From an uncultured Verrucomicrobiota bacterium (GTDB lineage: Bacteria > Verrucomicrobiota > Kiritimatiellia > JAAZAB01): a stretch of DNA of 57,537 nt. The notes beneath the pieces were generated by a model. The model saw only the letters and a list, made by a program, of their open reading frames with translations. It had not been told where the DNA came from and did no database searches. Location of the stretch: assembly GCA_964491945.1 (NCBI GenBank), contig CAZBHO010000012.1:1-57537 (forward strand), given 5' to 3'. A program made the position numbers and the translations under genes. Numbering within the stretch: position 1 is the stretch's first letter; each line of letters begins with the position of its first letter. Shown here piece after piece: positions 40,401 to 49,102 of the stretch.

Positions 40401-40467
40401 TCAGCAGTTTATCCGCAACTAATTCTGGAATAGCCTTTTCGGTACCAAGAAAATATATTTTTGTCAT
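37423..40467 (-). CDS. addB: AddB-like helicase-nuclease partner (inactive helicase-like N-terminus, C-terminal PD-(D/E)xK nuclease)
   Basis: 1014 aa, translationally coupled to addA (ATGA overlap at 37423-37426). The C-terminal RIDRID..IRIIDYKV nuclease motif is present. I see no Walker A and no Cys cluster. Confidence 0.65.
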   Translation of the reverse strand: MTKIYFLGTEKAIPELVADKLLNNSKGQSAFIDLSNLMVIVPSADSGRRLKEELAKNTQGRGLLLPLITTPAMAWKLFSGGKDAKLADDAFVLNAWRLSLLIFKEHPDDIKKLFHNFDNYCNNDKWLLDKAQMIQEIRITLANGGKTISEVVKTMKDNYATEVDRWEVLQQLEKEYLNTIRETGCYDPANLMLEVAQKPILPEGINRIIFAATPDPVPLAINAVEKLANQGIAVEIWICADKEIKDFFDCWGRPKREEWNISKLMGENGKQIQLFEHNNVGVIFVERPIDIANKIDEILSQTQPNDKNFDAIAFCVPDREVIPFLKDKLASKGLCAFDPAKQPLWKNPLGQLALELINFFKEQDVAEFGKLLRNVFVLKWIGEEFKIEPQKVIGLLDQIKAEHLPTNFTALKECIDRFSSTDYSCNCKDKLTKEIVKVFYDFDGFINQQGSFLDRYRKTLAVILDKAKNLITSEDEKVAEEIVKIIQSVEKLDINNDALQIAFLESLLLNASFEPTAPDRKNVKDLYGWLEAGWLKEPILIIAGMNEGIVPENIVEHNFLPDSLRKKLGLQDNDSRFARDAYLLYSNIVARKNGARENEEQKEKVRVLLFASRSSQNTEPRMPSRLLFIGDSADRLKGRVEDFFVKISAVRQEPKIEVDFKIDNSMFNFEEWLQKKREHGFAVSEFKDYLTSPFLYFLKHVVGSQSTDYDKLELDEAMFGTLLHGVLRELKDRSSISASALEKKLEEKFTALYGKEANLPFPLVYQKKLALKMIGKVWEMQQSFVQDGWKICNTEFKYKFLLPLSDNSQEEIVCRIDRIDCNTQNNAIRIIDYKVTEQINNPFSAHITTKKRNIYSEKSQEEPCKDFKYFTINSTFYQWNDLQLPLYVLAIKDAIRKDPTLFDGVDCKSSKFKIEAGYIFLTSDNASAEWRPWKESRKKQDPNSGVISETILDSANSAAATILECIKKHKFLPIGEPTHNDDLFDRVFPKVLREEFKEQDFLSDNFLKWAQGEK

Positions 40468-40916
40468 AAAACGCCCTATTTATTTTTGGATTATCTTGTC
40501 AAATCACTACTCGCACACTTTAACTTCTTTAAATAAGGTTCTTCTGCATCTGCTTTAGAAAGAAAATTAATTAAAAATCCATATCTTTTTTAGTAATGCT
40601 TCATGCCACTTTCATATTTCATAGACTTGAAATCTTTTTCCAATTGATATTCAGCTGCATATTCATATGTAATGACCCCCATAAAACCGGACCACAAAAG
40701 ACTAGAGATAAGGTAAAGTGTTCATACGATCTTATCAAGCTCCTTTTTTTTGGGATTTGCGTTTCAAAATCTGTTGGGCTGATGTAAGTATAAGAGGAAT
40801 GGAACTAATCCCTTACGCTTCAGATAATATCAACTCCATGAAAATCCTATGTATTTGCTTGCTTCCCTGACCGATAATCCTGATCCTTCTAACTCTTTAA
40901 CAATCCCCATCTTTAA

Positions 40917-41102
40917 GCTCATATCAACTTTTTTTATAAGGAGAGCAGTACCTCTATGACAGAAAGAAGCCTTATTGAAGGCCACCTAAGCAGAAAAAAA
41001 CGAAAAGCACTCATTGATAAAATGGCAGCGCAACTAATTTTGCAATTATATCTGGATAGTATTGCCCCGCAATCTGCAATAGATGGAAAGGCAGAAGGAT
41101 AA
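40917..41102 (+). pseudogene. ruvX: 3' remnant of ruvX/yqgF (putative pre-16S rRNA nuclease / Holliday-junction-resolvase-like)
   Basis: [46 protein letters not shown] resembles the C-terminal 50 aa of YqgF-family proteins (WDERLTT..SRxKRKxxIDxxAAxxILQxYLD). An in-frame stop lies at 40914. I found no intact N-terminal RNase-H-like part in any frame upstream. Confidence 0.55.
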
Positions 41103-41108
41103 AAAGTG

Positions 41109-41183
41109 TGGAGCGAGCGAAGGGACTTGAACCCTCGACAACCACCTTGGCAAGGTGGAGCTCTACCACTGAGCTACGCTCGC
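41109..41183 (-). tRNA. tRNA-Gly (anticodon GCC), CCA encoded
   Basis: The reverse complement is GCGAGCGTAGCTCAGTGGTAGAGCTCCACCTTGCCAAGGTGGTTGTCGAGGGTTCAAGTCCCTTCGCTCGCTCCA. It folds as a cloverleaf with a 7-bp acceptor stem, anticodon stem CCACC/GGTGG and loop TTGCCAA. Confidence 0.9.
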
Positions 41184-41394
41184 ACTCCTAATAGAAAAAG
41201 TAAATTCAGTAATTTTTAATGTAAAACAACAAAAAGAGCAATTACTAAAATAATTACAGTCTTGATTTATATATGTTCCTACAAAAATTGTCAAGTATGG
41301 AATTCTTTAATATTAGAAAAGATCATAGACCTTCAAGATCTCTGCATCATTCATATTAGCGCTGGTTAAATTAAAATTTTGCCTGGTGTATAAT

Positions 41395-41535
41395 TTTACT
41401 TTTTTCTCCGTGTGATCTCTCAAGTTCTCTGTGGTTAAAAAATCGTAAGTCAAATTAAATCAGGAAAAGACTTAAAAGTCAGAATACGGAAACTTCATCA
41501 CAAAGGCACAGAAAGCTTGAGAGAAAAATCTCGGA
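41395..41535 (-). repeat. Locus 2 of the CCACAGAGA repeat family (one unit, inverted orientation)
   Basis: Bases 41413-41449 are the exact reverse complement of 24180-24216 (37 nt). The flanks (CTGACTTTTAAGTCTTTTCC..GATTTAATTTGACTTACG) align with the linker at 24140-24185. Confidence 0.8.
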
Positions 41536-41916
41536 TTTGGAATAAAGAAATATCTATTGCCTGAAACCAGCGCTACTCTTTTTAGTAGGATTATGTATGG
41601 CAGAGGGGAGGTGGATGAAGTTGTGGCAGCTTCCACTTATGGCACATTTGTTGGCGCCTTATGCTGACTTACAATTAAAGCAAAGATTGTTGCCTTTTGA
41701 CAATATCATTTCACCATATTTAGGTGTAAGTTCTCTTGTGTTAAAGCCTGAAGTCTATTTGGCTGGTGATATGGAATTTTTGGGAATAAACAAGTGAAAA
41801 ATTCTGCCTCATTTCCTATCTTCTGTTGGCCGAGGTTGTATTGTGGGCATTACAATATAGACCTTCGCTTAACAAGACAACCTACCTACCATTACCAAAC
41901 AATTGGTGAGATGTTT

Positions 41917-42696
41917 TTATAAAAATACTCTTGTAAAATTTTGGGATAAAATGGCATTAAGCTCTGCTTGTGTTATGTTTTTTATTTTTGCAATGGTTTC
42001 AGCAACATATTTTACCATAGCCGGTTTGTTGTTTTTTCCGCGAAAGGGTTCTGGTGTAAGGTAAGGGGAATCGGTTTCTATTAGAATTTTGTTTAATGGT
42101 AGGGCAGCGATTACATTCCTTATTTCTGAAGCATTTTTAAATGTGGCTATACCGCTAAAGCTAACCATAAAACCTGCATCTATAAGCTCTTCGGCAAATG
42201 ATATATCTTCCGTAAAACAATGCAGCACACCGCCTCTTCCGCCAGCTCGCCTGTATTCACGAATCATAACAATAGTATCTTCCCTTGCCTGACGGGAATG
42301 CACAACTACAGCTCTTTGGTTTTCCAGTGCTACAGAGAGCATCTTTTCAAAAAGCTTTCTCTGCAGATTTTTTGGTTGATCCAATCTGTAGTAATCCAAC
42401 CCTATCTCGCCTATGGCTATTATATTTGACTTGGTTCGTAATTGTTCTTTCAGTGAAAGCAAATCTACATCATTCGCAGAAAAATTTCTGTTATAACCTA
42501 TAACAGGATAAATGATATTTGGATATGTTTGGGATAATTTAAGAGCAAAAACGTTTGCTGATGGCTCACCACCTATGGCTACCATCTTTTTCACATTATT
42601 CTCTAGAGCCTCCGCAATGATTCTATCTATTTCAGTAAAATCCTCATTTATTAAATTAAAGTGAATATGGGTATCTATGAAGCCAGGATCATTCAT
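41917..42696 (-). CDS. tatD: TatD-family metal-dependent DNase/hydrolase
   Basis: FIDTHIH (HxH), GEIGLDY, VVHSR, HCFT and ETDSPYL motifs. The ATG at 42696 overlaps the mnmG stop. Confidence 0.85.
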   Translation of the reverse strand: MNDPGFIDTHIHFNLINEDFTEIDRIIAEALENNVKKMVAIGGEPSANVFALKLSQTYPNIIYPVIGYNRNFSANDVDLLSLKEQLRTKSNIIAIGEIGLDYYRLDQPKNLQRKLFEKMLSVALENQRAVVVHSRQAREDTIVMIREYRRAGGRGGVLHCFTEDISFAEELIDAGFMVSFSGIATFKNASEIRNVIAALPLNKILIETDSPYLTPEPFRGKNNKPAMVKYVAETIAKIKNITQAELNAILSQNFTRVFL

Positions 42697-44578
42697 TTGC
42701 ACCTTTTTTAATCGCAACAAGAAGGATTGAAATGTCGGCAGGATTAACTCCCGGAATGCGTGAGGCTTGTCCTAAAGTGAATGGGAACACTTTTTTGAGT
42801 TTTTGTCGCGATTCATATCTTAAACCTTTTATTTTATCGTAATCTAACCATTTTGGTATTACTACGTTTTCTAGATCTGCCATTTTTTTTGCGAAATCTT
42901 TTTCACGTTGGATATAGCCAAAATATTTGGCTTCTATTTCAACCTGCTGGATAACGATTTCTGGGAGATCCATTTTTGGGGAAGGAAGATTTTTATAGGA
43001 GATATCAGGTCTTTTTAGAAGTTGTAGGAGTGAGTATTGTCCAGAAAATGTTGAGCTCAATCTATTTAACTCGTTGATAATCATAGTATTAAGCTCTTCA
43101 ATTTCATTTAAATACGAAGTATAACATATGCCTATTTCCTTTGCCTTGTTTAATAATCTAAATCTAGCATTATCTTGTCTAAGAGTTAATCTATATTCAG
43201 CCCTTGAAGTAAACATTCTATAAGGCTCATCAATTCCTTTTGTGGTCAAGTCATCTATCATAACTCCCAGATAAGCTTCGTCTCTATTGAATTTTATAAG
43301 CGATAAGCCGAGTGCGTAGCGTGCTGCATTGATACCAGCAACGAAGCCCTGAGCAGCTGCTTCTTCATAACCAGTGGTGCCATTGATTTGTCCTGTGATA
43401 AACAATCCTTTAAATATCTTACTTTCTAGAAAAAAATTGAGTTCTCTAGGATCAATACAATCATATTCTATAGCGTAAGCGTATTGAATTATTTTTGCAT
43501 TTTCTAATCCTGTTATGGAATGAATCATTTTTTCCTGAACATCTTCTGGAAGGCTATTGGAAAGTCCATTAGGATAGTAAAGATCTGTTAATCTTCCTTC
43601 TGGTTCTATGAATACGTGATGTTGTGATTTATCAGAGAATTTCACGATTTTATCTTCTATAGATGGACAATATCTTACACCTGTTCCAGAAATTAATCCA
43701 CCATAGAGCGCGCTATTTTTTAGATTATCCTTGATAATTTGATGTGTTTTTGAGTTAGTATGAGTGATGAAACAAGGCAATTGGTCACATCCGGGGAGCC
43801 ATGGTCGCAAATTTTTATCAAAATGTTCTACGTGGAACAAAGCAGTGAGAAACTCTTCCGATAGTTCCTGATGTTCCACGTGGAACATTCTATCTTTTTG
43901 TGCGGCATAAGAAAAAAATGTGGGATGCTCCATTCCGGGCTGAATCTGCATTTTATTAAAACTTATGCTTTCCTTAAGTAATCTAGCAGGTGTACCCGTC
44001 TTGAACCTCAAAATAGTGTGCCCATAAGATTTTAATATGTCAGAAATAGCATTTGAAGGAGCCTCACCAATCCTTCCTCCCTCAAATATCTTTTTGCCTA
44101 TATAAATCCTACCTTTTAAAAAAGTGCCCGGCGATAAAACTACTGCTTTGCATACAAATGCCTCTCCCCTTAAAGTTTTTATAGATTTAAACTCGCCATC
44201 CTTCTTAATTTCAATAACATCTCCCTCAACAATATCTAAATTTTTAGTATTCATCAAAACAGTCCGCATTCTTTGACTATAAAAATGTTTGTCATTCTGC
44301 GTCCTAACAGCCTGAACAGCTGGCCCCTTTTTGGTATTAAGCACCCGAAATTGAATGCCTGTATAATCCGCATTTCTTCCAATCTCGCCACCAAGAGCAT
44401 CAAGCTCAGCCACAAGATGAGATTTTCCAATTCCACCAACCGAAGGATTACAAGACATCCTCGCTATCGATTCAATGCTATGAGTAATTAGCAAAGTTCT
44501 AGCACCTATTCTAGCCGAAGCAAGAGCCGCCTCACACCCTGCATGCCCAGCACCAATAACAATAACATCATATACCAT
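42689..44578 (-). CDS. mnmG: tRNA uridine-5-carboxymethylaminomethyl synthesis enzyme MnmG (GidA)
   Basis: [19 protein letters not shown] motif, [11 protein letters not shown]-like [11 protein letters not shown] and TSRAEYRL. The start is set at MVYDV (44578), just downstream of the mnmE stop. Confidence 0.95.
   Translation of the reverse strand: MVYDVIVIGAGHAGCEAALASARIGARTLLITHSIESIARMSCNPSVGGIGKSHLVAELDALGGEIGRNADYTGIQFRVLNTKKGPAVQAVRTQNDKHFYSQRMRTVLMNTKNLDIVEGDVIEIKKDGEFKSIKTLRGEAFVCKAVVLSPGTFLKGRIYIGKKIFEGGRIGEAPSNAISDILKSYGHTILRFKTGTPARLLKESISFNKMQIQPGMEHPTFFSYAAQKDRMFHVEHQELSEEFLTALFHVEHFDKNLRPWLPGCDQLPCFITHTNSKTHQIIKDNLKNSALYGGLISGTGVRYCPSIEDKIVKFSDKSQHHVFIEPEGRLTDLYYPNGLSNSLPEDVQEKMIHSITGLENAKIIQYAYAIEYDCIDPRELNFFLESKIFKGLFITGQINGTTGYEEAAAQGFVAGINAARYALGLSLIKFNRDEAYLGVMIDDLTTKGIDEPYRMFTSRAEYRLTLRQDNARFRLLNKAKEIGICYTSYLNEIEELNTMIINELNRLSSTFSGQYSLLQLLKRPDISYKNLPSPKMDLPEIVIQQVEIEAKYFGYIQREKDFAKKMADLENVVIPKWLDYDKIKGLRYESRQKLKKVFPFTLGQASRIPGVNPADISILLVAIKKGANE
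43824..43839. promoter_or_regulatory. parS-like site (one mismatch to the palindrome) inside mnmG
   Basis: TGTTCTACGTGGAACA, compared with the canonical parS TGTTNCACGTGAAACA. It encodes LFHVEH in the mnmG frame. Confidence 0.6.
43872..43887. promoter_or_regulatory. parS-like site (perfect 16-bp palindrome) inside mnmG
   Basis: TGTTCCACGTGGAACA; both halves equal the TGTTCCAC half-site of the ParB/Spo0J binding sequence. It encodes MFHVEH in the mnmG frame. Confidence 0.7.
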
Positions 44579-44580
44579 AA

Positions 44581-45945
44581 TCACTTGCCTATACAAAATT
44601 TTGAAAATATAGAATCCAAAAGCTCTGCATAATATCGCTTACCTATAATCATCCCTATGTTTTCTAAAGCTTCATGTAAATTAGAAGCTATCAAAACAGA
44701 TGCAGATTCTGAATCAGATTGATTCAGCAATCTCAAAGCTTCAGATAATGCACTTTGAGCTTTCAAAAGCAAGTTGCGATGCCTTTCTGATATAACACAT
44801 TGATAACCAAAAACATAATCAGAAGGAAGCAACGATTTTATAGCTTTTTCAACCTGCAAAACATCTTCTTCTATCATTAAACTTAAATAAAGCACTATTT
44901 TATACTCATAAAATTGCCTTTGAATAGTGTTCTTAAGAAGATCGCATTTGTTAAAAATGAGTATAACACGTTCATTATCAAAATGATGTAAAATTTCTTC
45001 GTCTTCCTTATCAAATCCTTCCAAAATATCTACAATGTATATTAAAAAATCTGCTTTTTCTAGAAACGCCTTTGTTCTCTTCACACCCTCCTGCTCAACA
45101 GGACATTCTGTGCTTCTTATGCCAGCTGTGTCAACTAATCTAATATAATGATTATCAATAAGTAATGCTTCTTCTATTGTATCACGAGTAGTGCCTGGAA
45201 TAGGAGAAACAATTGCTCTATTTTTTCCTAGTAATGCATTCAGTAAGGTTGATTTTCCCACATTCGGTTTACCTGCAATAACGAACAATGCCCCATCCTT
45301 AACAAGATGCCCTGTTTCCCACGAGCGGAGTAATTGCTCTATATTGGTTTTTATTGCAGTCAAAGCCTCCTTTTTTTGTTGAAAAAACAAAGGAGGAAAC
45401 TCATCTTCTGAAAAATCCAGTGTTGCCTCAATATCGGCAAGGATAGAGATAATTTCATTATAAATCTTTAATAGTTCTATAGATAGTCTGCCCTCAAGCT
45501 GATTTACTGCGAGCTTTGCTGCAGCTTCTGTATCTGCTCTTATTAAATCCATAACACTTTCTGCTTGCAATAAATCTATTCTGCCATTCAGAAAAGCTCT
45601 TTTGGTAAATTCGCCCGGCTCTGCTAACCTTGCTCCGTGTTTTAATACTGCCTTCAAGATTTTTTTAGCTGGGATTGAGCCACCATGGCAATGAATTTCT
45701 ATAACGTCTTCTCTGGTATAGCTATGTGGTGCACGCATTATAAGGAGTAATGCTTCATCTATTATTTCATTTTCATCAAGAATTTTCCCGTAGACTATGG
45801 TATGTGTTTTCCTTTGGGATGGTTTTGCTCCTTTGCAGGAAAAAATTTTATCAGCAATCTCTAAGCTTTTTGCTCCTGATATTTTTATTATGGCTATACT
45901 GCCAACTCCGGGTGAAGTGGCTATTGCTGTGATAGTATCTTCCAT
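44581..45945 (-). CDS. mnmE: tRNA modification GTPase MnmE (TrmE)
   Basis: [15 protein letters not shown]1 motif, DTAGIR G3 motif, NKCD G4 motif and the C-terminal CIGK tetrapeptide. Confidence 0.95.
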   Translation of the reverse strand: MEDTITAIATSPGVGSIAIIKISGAKSLEIADKIFSCKGAKPSQRKTHTIVYGKILDENEIIDEALLLIMRAPHSYTREDVIEIHCHGGSIPAKKILKAVLKHGARLAEPGEFTKRAFLNGRIDLLQAESVMDLIRADTEAAAKLAVNQLEGRLSIELLKIYNEIISILADIEATLDFSEDEFPPLFFQQKKEALTAIKTNIEQLLRSWETGHLVKDGALFVIAGKPNVGKSTLLNALLGKNRAIVSPIPGTTRDTIEEALLIDNHYIRLVDTAGIRSTECPVEQEGVKRTKAFLEKADFLIYIVDILEGFDKEDEEILHHFDNERVILIFNKCDLLKNTIQRQFYEYKIVLYLSLMIEEDVLQVEKAIKSLLPSDYVFGYQCVISERHRNLLLKAQSALSEALRLLNQSDSESASVLIASNLHEALENIGMIIGKRYYAELLDSIFSKFCIGK

Positions 45946-46088
45946 TTTTACAAAAAACTTTTTTCCTGTTTATTCACAACAGCTGAGAGGTGTATTTTAA
46001 AATAAGGGATGCTATTGTAAATGGAGCAAGGCATCAATCAAGGAGTTTTTTAGAATGGTAGATTTTGTGAAAAGGCAAAATAGCCTTA

Positions 46089-47132
46089 TCATAAAGCCAA
46101 CGCCAGTAAGAGCCAGCTTACATAGAGCAAAATTGTTATTAAAGATAGAACAACAATTGTTATTCTTAAAATTCTGATATGAGTGCCTACTTCATTAGCC
46201 ATGAGCCATCGTAAGAATTTATCGGGTAATGATGGGGAACATCTTTTTTTGCTGCGCAGAATAGTACTTTTGGCTTTTCTTGTTAGCCGTTCCTTAATAG
46301 GTTTATCATTTAATAATCTATCAATTTCATCAAGGACATTAGACCAGCTGCTATAGCGATCTTGCGGATTTTTAGCCATCAATTTTTCTAAAAAAAAGCT
46401 CATTTCTGGGTTTAAATCAGGGATAATATCCAGAGGATCTGGCAAGAAATCTGTGATATTTTTTAACATAGCAGAAATCCCACTGGTGCTATCAAAAGGC
46501 ACTTTTCCTGTTATAATGTGATATAAAGTTGCTCCTAATGAATACATATCCGACCTACAATCCACTTCATCTTCGCCTTTTGCCTGTTCTGGTGAGCAAT
46601 AATGCGGGGTGCCTATCATACTTTTATTAACTGTTATGGATTTTTCACTGCCAGAATTTATTTTGGCTAGTCCCATATCAGCAAGTTTAACGGTGCCATC
46701 TTCGTCAATTAAAATGTTATCAGGCTTAACATCACGATGCACAAGTTTGGCTTCATTCCATGCATATTCAAGAGCAGCAGCCACGGATTCTACAATAAGC
46801 AGAGCGCTTTTTTCATCAAACCTGCCCTTTCTCTGGATGCGTTTAGCAACAGTTTCTCCATTTATATATTCCATTACAAAATAATACTGTCCTGCTATTT
46901 CGCCAGCATCATAAACTTGAACTATATTTTCATGCTTTATGCCTGCTGCTGCTTTGGCTTCTTGTTTAAATCTGGCAACATAGGCTGGATCCTGTGATAA
47001 CTGAAGTGGCAAAACTTTGATAGCAACTGAACGATTCAAAGAGAGCTGTCTGGCAAGATATACCTTGCCCATGCCGCCCACACCGATTTCTTTTAATATC
47101 TCAAATCCCGGTATGTTTAGAACATCTGGCAT
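46089..47132 (-). CDS. Hanks-type Ser/Thr protein kinase with a C-terminal membrane anchor
   Basis: GVGGMGKVY, VAIKVL, HRDVKPDNIL, DMGLA and GTPHYCSPEQ motifs. The C-terminal helix is IVVLSLITILLYVSWLLLALAL. Confidence 0.85.
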   Translation of the reverse strand: MPDVLNIPGFEILKEIGVGGMGKVYLARQLSLNRSVAIKVLPLQLSQDPAYVARFKQEAKAAAGIKHENIVQVYDAGEIAGQYYFVMEYINGETVAKRIQRKGRFDEKSALLIVESVAAALEYAWNEAKLVHRDVKPDNILIDEDGTVKLADMGLAKINSGSEKSITVNKSMIGTPHYCSPEQAKGEDEVDCRSDMYSLGATLYHIITGKVPFDSTSGISAMLKNITDFLPDPLDIIPDLNPEMSFFLEKLMAKNPQDRYSSWSNVLDEIDRLLNDKPIKERLTRKAKSTILRSKKRCSPSLPDKFLRWLMANEVGTHIRILRITIVVLSLITILLYVSWLLLALAL

Positions 47133-47329
47133 AGATTGATATTATGCTAATTTACTTTTAAAAAATCAATCTTTTAAACAGCAGACGATTAAATGCACTC
47201 TAGAGCTATTTATAGCATTTCTCTTCGGTAAGAGCACTTCATTTATCTTGATTTACAGAAAGATTACTGCTATTGAGCTTCTTGATATTTGTGATTTAAG
47301 TCACCCCACTTTCGATAAGCAAATTTGCA

Positions 47330-49057
47330 ATGCTAAAAACATTATACATAAAAAATTTTACCTTGCTGGAAGAATTAAAAGTTGAGTTTGGACCGGGCTT
47401 TAACGTCTTAACAGGTGAAACAGGGGCGGGTAAATCCATTATTATTGAAGCCATCTCTTTTTTGTTAGGTGATCGTGGCGGAAAGGATCTGATACGTGCT
47501 GGATCAGATCAATGTGTTGTTGAGGCTACATTCTATATAGAAGAAAAACACAATGCAAAAGAACTGAACCAATTTTTAAAAGCAAATGACATAACAAATT
47601 TTAGCGATAACTCTCTTATCATACGGCGGACAATTTCCTCTAGTGGGAGTAGTAGGCAATTTATAAACGATGTGCCTACCAGCGTTGGAATCTTAAAAAA
47701 CGTAAGAGAGCTTCTAGTTGATATTCATAGTGCCAATGAGCATCAACAGCTTTTAAAGCCAGAATACCAGCTGGCTCTTCTTGATGAATATGCTGGTCTT
47801 GCGTTAAAAAAGGCTGCATATGAAGAAGTGTTTCACAAATATTCTTCTTTAAAGAAGGAATTATCGGAGCTCTCACAAATTGGTGATGAAGAAGCTTTAC
47901 AGCAATTGGATTTTTTAAAAGGGCAAATAGCAGAGTTTAAGGATGAAGTTCTAACAGCTGAAGAGGAGAGAAATATCATAGAAGAGCACAAACTATTTGC
48001 CAATAGAGAAGAGATACACCGACTTATCAACGAGCTCTTAAACACTCTTTCTGATGATGAATTTTCTTTAATTAATAGGGTTGCTCAAGCAAGAAAAGCA
48101 ATAGAAAAACTTTCTGCTTTAGGAGTTGATAGAGCTTCCTTCTGGCACGAGACTCTGGAAGATATTGCCACAAGAACTAGAGATTTAGTTAAAGATATTT
48201 CTTCAAAAGGCTCCGATATGGAATTTGATGAAGCGCGCTTCAAATGGCTGGAGGAGCGTCTTGCCCTCTATTATAGGTTTAAAAGGAAATTCGGCCTTTC
48301 TATGGAGGAAGCACAAAAGAATTTTGAGCAGATAAAGGAAAAAATCAAAATACTGGAGGAGCGATCAGAAAAAATCAAAGAAAAGACATGTGAGCTAACA
48401 AAGCTGGAAAATAAACTTAAAGAGCTTGGGAGCGAACTGAGCAATGTGCGAAGGAACATCGCCAATAAACTTGCGCAAGATGTGCTAAATAATATGAAAG
48501 CACTAAAGCTTCCTGATGCAACTTTTACAATATCTATTTCTGAATGCAATGAGCCCAAAAAAAACGGATACGATCAGGTTGAGTTTTTGTTTTCAGCGAA
48601 CGTGGGAGTGAAAGCAGATTCTTTAAGAAACGTTGCCTCCAGCGGAGAACTTTCAAGGGCTATGCTGGCAATCAAATCTTCTCTGGCAAATTATGATAAG
48701 ACCCCTCTTTTGATCTTTGACGAAATTGATATGAACATTGGAGGGATGACAGCAAACGCTGTGGCAAATAAGCTAAAAATGCTGGCACAAAATCACCAGC
48801 TAATATGTATAACGCATCTACCGCAAGTTGCATCAAAAGCAGACCATCACTTTGCTGTATCAAAAATAGTAAAAGACAATCAAACTATTATCACATTGGA
48901 AAAATTGGATGGCATACGGAGAACACAAGAAATGCACAGAATGTTTGGTGCAGAAGATTATGATTCAGCAACTAACTTGCATGCTCGGGATATTTTAGAT
49001 TCACTTATAGATAGCGTTGATAAACGTAAAACAAAAAAGTCTGCAAAAAAAGGATAA
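47330..49057 (+). CDS. recN: DNA repair protein RecN
   Basis: GPGFNVLTGETGAGKSIIIEA Walker A, a long coiled-coil middle region, SGGELSR signature and LLIFDEID Walker B. Confidence 0.9.
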   Translation: MLKTLYIKNFTLLEELKVEFGPGFNVLTGETGAGKSIIIEAISFLLGDRGGKDLIRAGSDQCVVEATFYIEEKHNAKELNQFLKANDITNFSDNSLIIRRTISSSGSSRQFINDVPTSVGILKNVRELLVDIHSANEHQQLLKPEYQLALLDEYAGLALKKAAYEEVFHKYSSLKKELSELSQIGDEEALQQLDFLKGQIAEFKDEVLTAEEERNIIEEHKLFANREEIHRLINELLNTLSDDEFSLINRVAQARKAIEKLSALGVDRASFWHETLEDIATRTRDLVKDISSKGSDMEFDEARFKWLEERLALYYRFKRKFGLSMEEAQKNFEQIKEKIKILEERSEKIKEKTCELTKLENKLKELGSELSNVRRNIANKLAQDVLNNMKALKLPDATFTISISECNEPKKNGYDQVEFLFSANVGVKADSLRNVASSGELSRAMLAIKSSLANYDKTPLLIFDEIDMNIGGMTANAVANKLKMLAQNHQLICITHLPQVASKADHHFAVSKIVKDNQTIITLEKLDGIRRTQEMHRMFGAEDYDSATNLHARDILDSLIDSVDKRKTKKSAKKG

Positions 49058-49102
49058 ATGTAGGTAAAATCAATCGAGGACCCAATTGGAGAACAATACA
49101 TT

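Noticed and set aside
34352-40467. UvrD-helicase plus PD-(D/E)xK nuclease pair as a phage-defence system (Gabija- or Hachiman-like)
   Set aside because: The motif set, sizes, gene order and C-terminal RecB-type nuclease on the helicase subunit fit AddAB end-resection machinery. No ATPase/Toprim or other defence partner lies adjacent.
40565-40787. Small ORFs upstream of addB: the plus-strand 63-aa ORF at 40596-40787 and a minus-strand 29-35-codon ORF (..MGVITYEYAAEYQLEKDFKSMKYESGMKHY)
   Set aside because: They are short and AT-rich, and the minus-strand candidate is interrupted by a stop/frameshift relative to an upstream ATG. I recognise no family. They could be debris from the same event that truncated ruvX.
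34352-41183. Idea that the addBA block is a genomic island integrated at the 3' end of tRNA-Gly
   Set aside because: I found no integrase and no direct repeat of the tRNA 3' end near 34.0-34.35 kb. The content is a normal repair operon. Only the lower G+C and the truncated ruvX hint at rearrangement.
41597-41797. 66-aa ORF in the tRNA-Gly / tatD intergenic region
   Set aside because: It has no motif, no convincing RBS and no supporting context. I left it unannotated rather than call it a gene.
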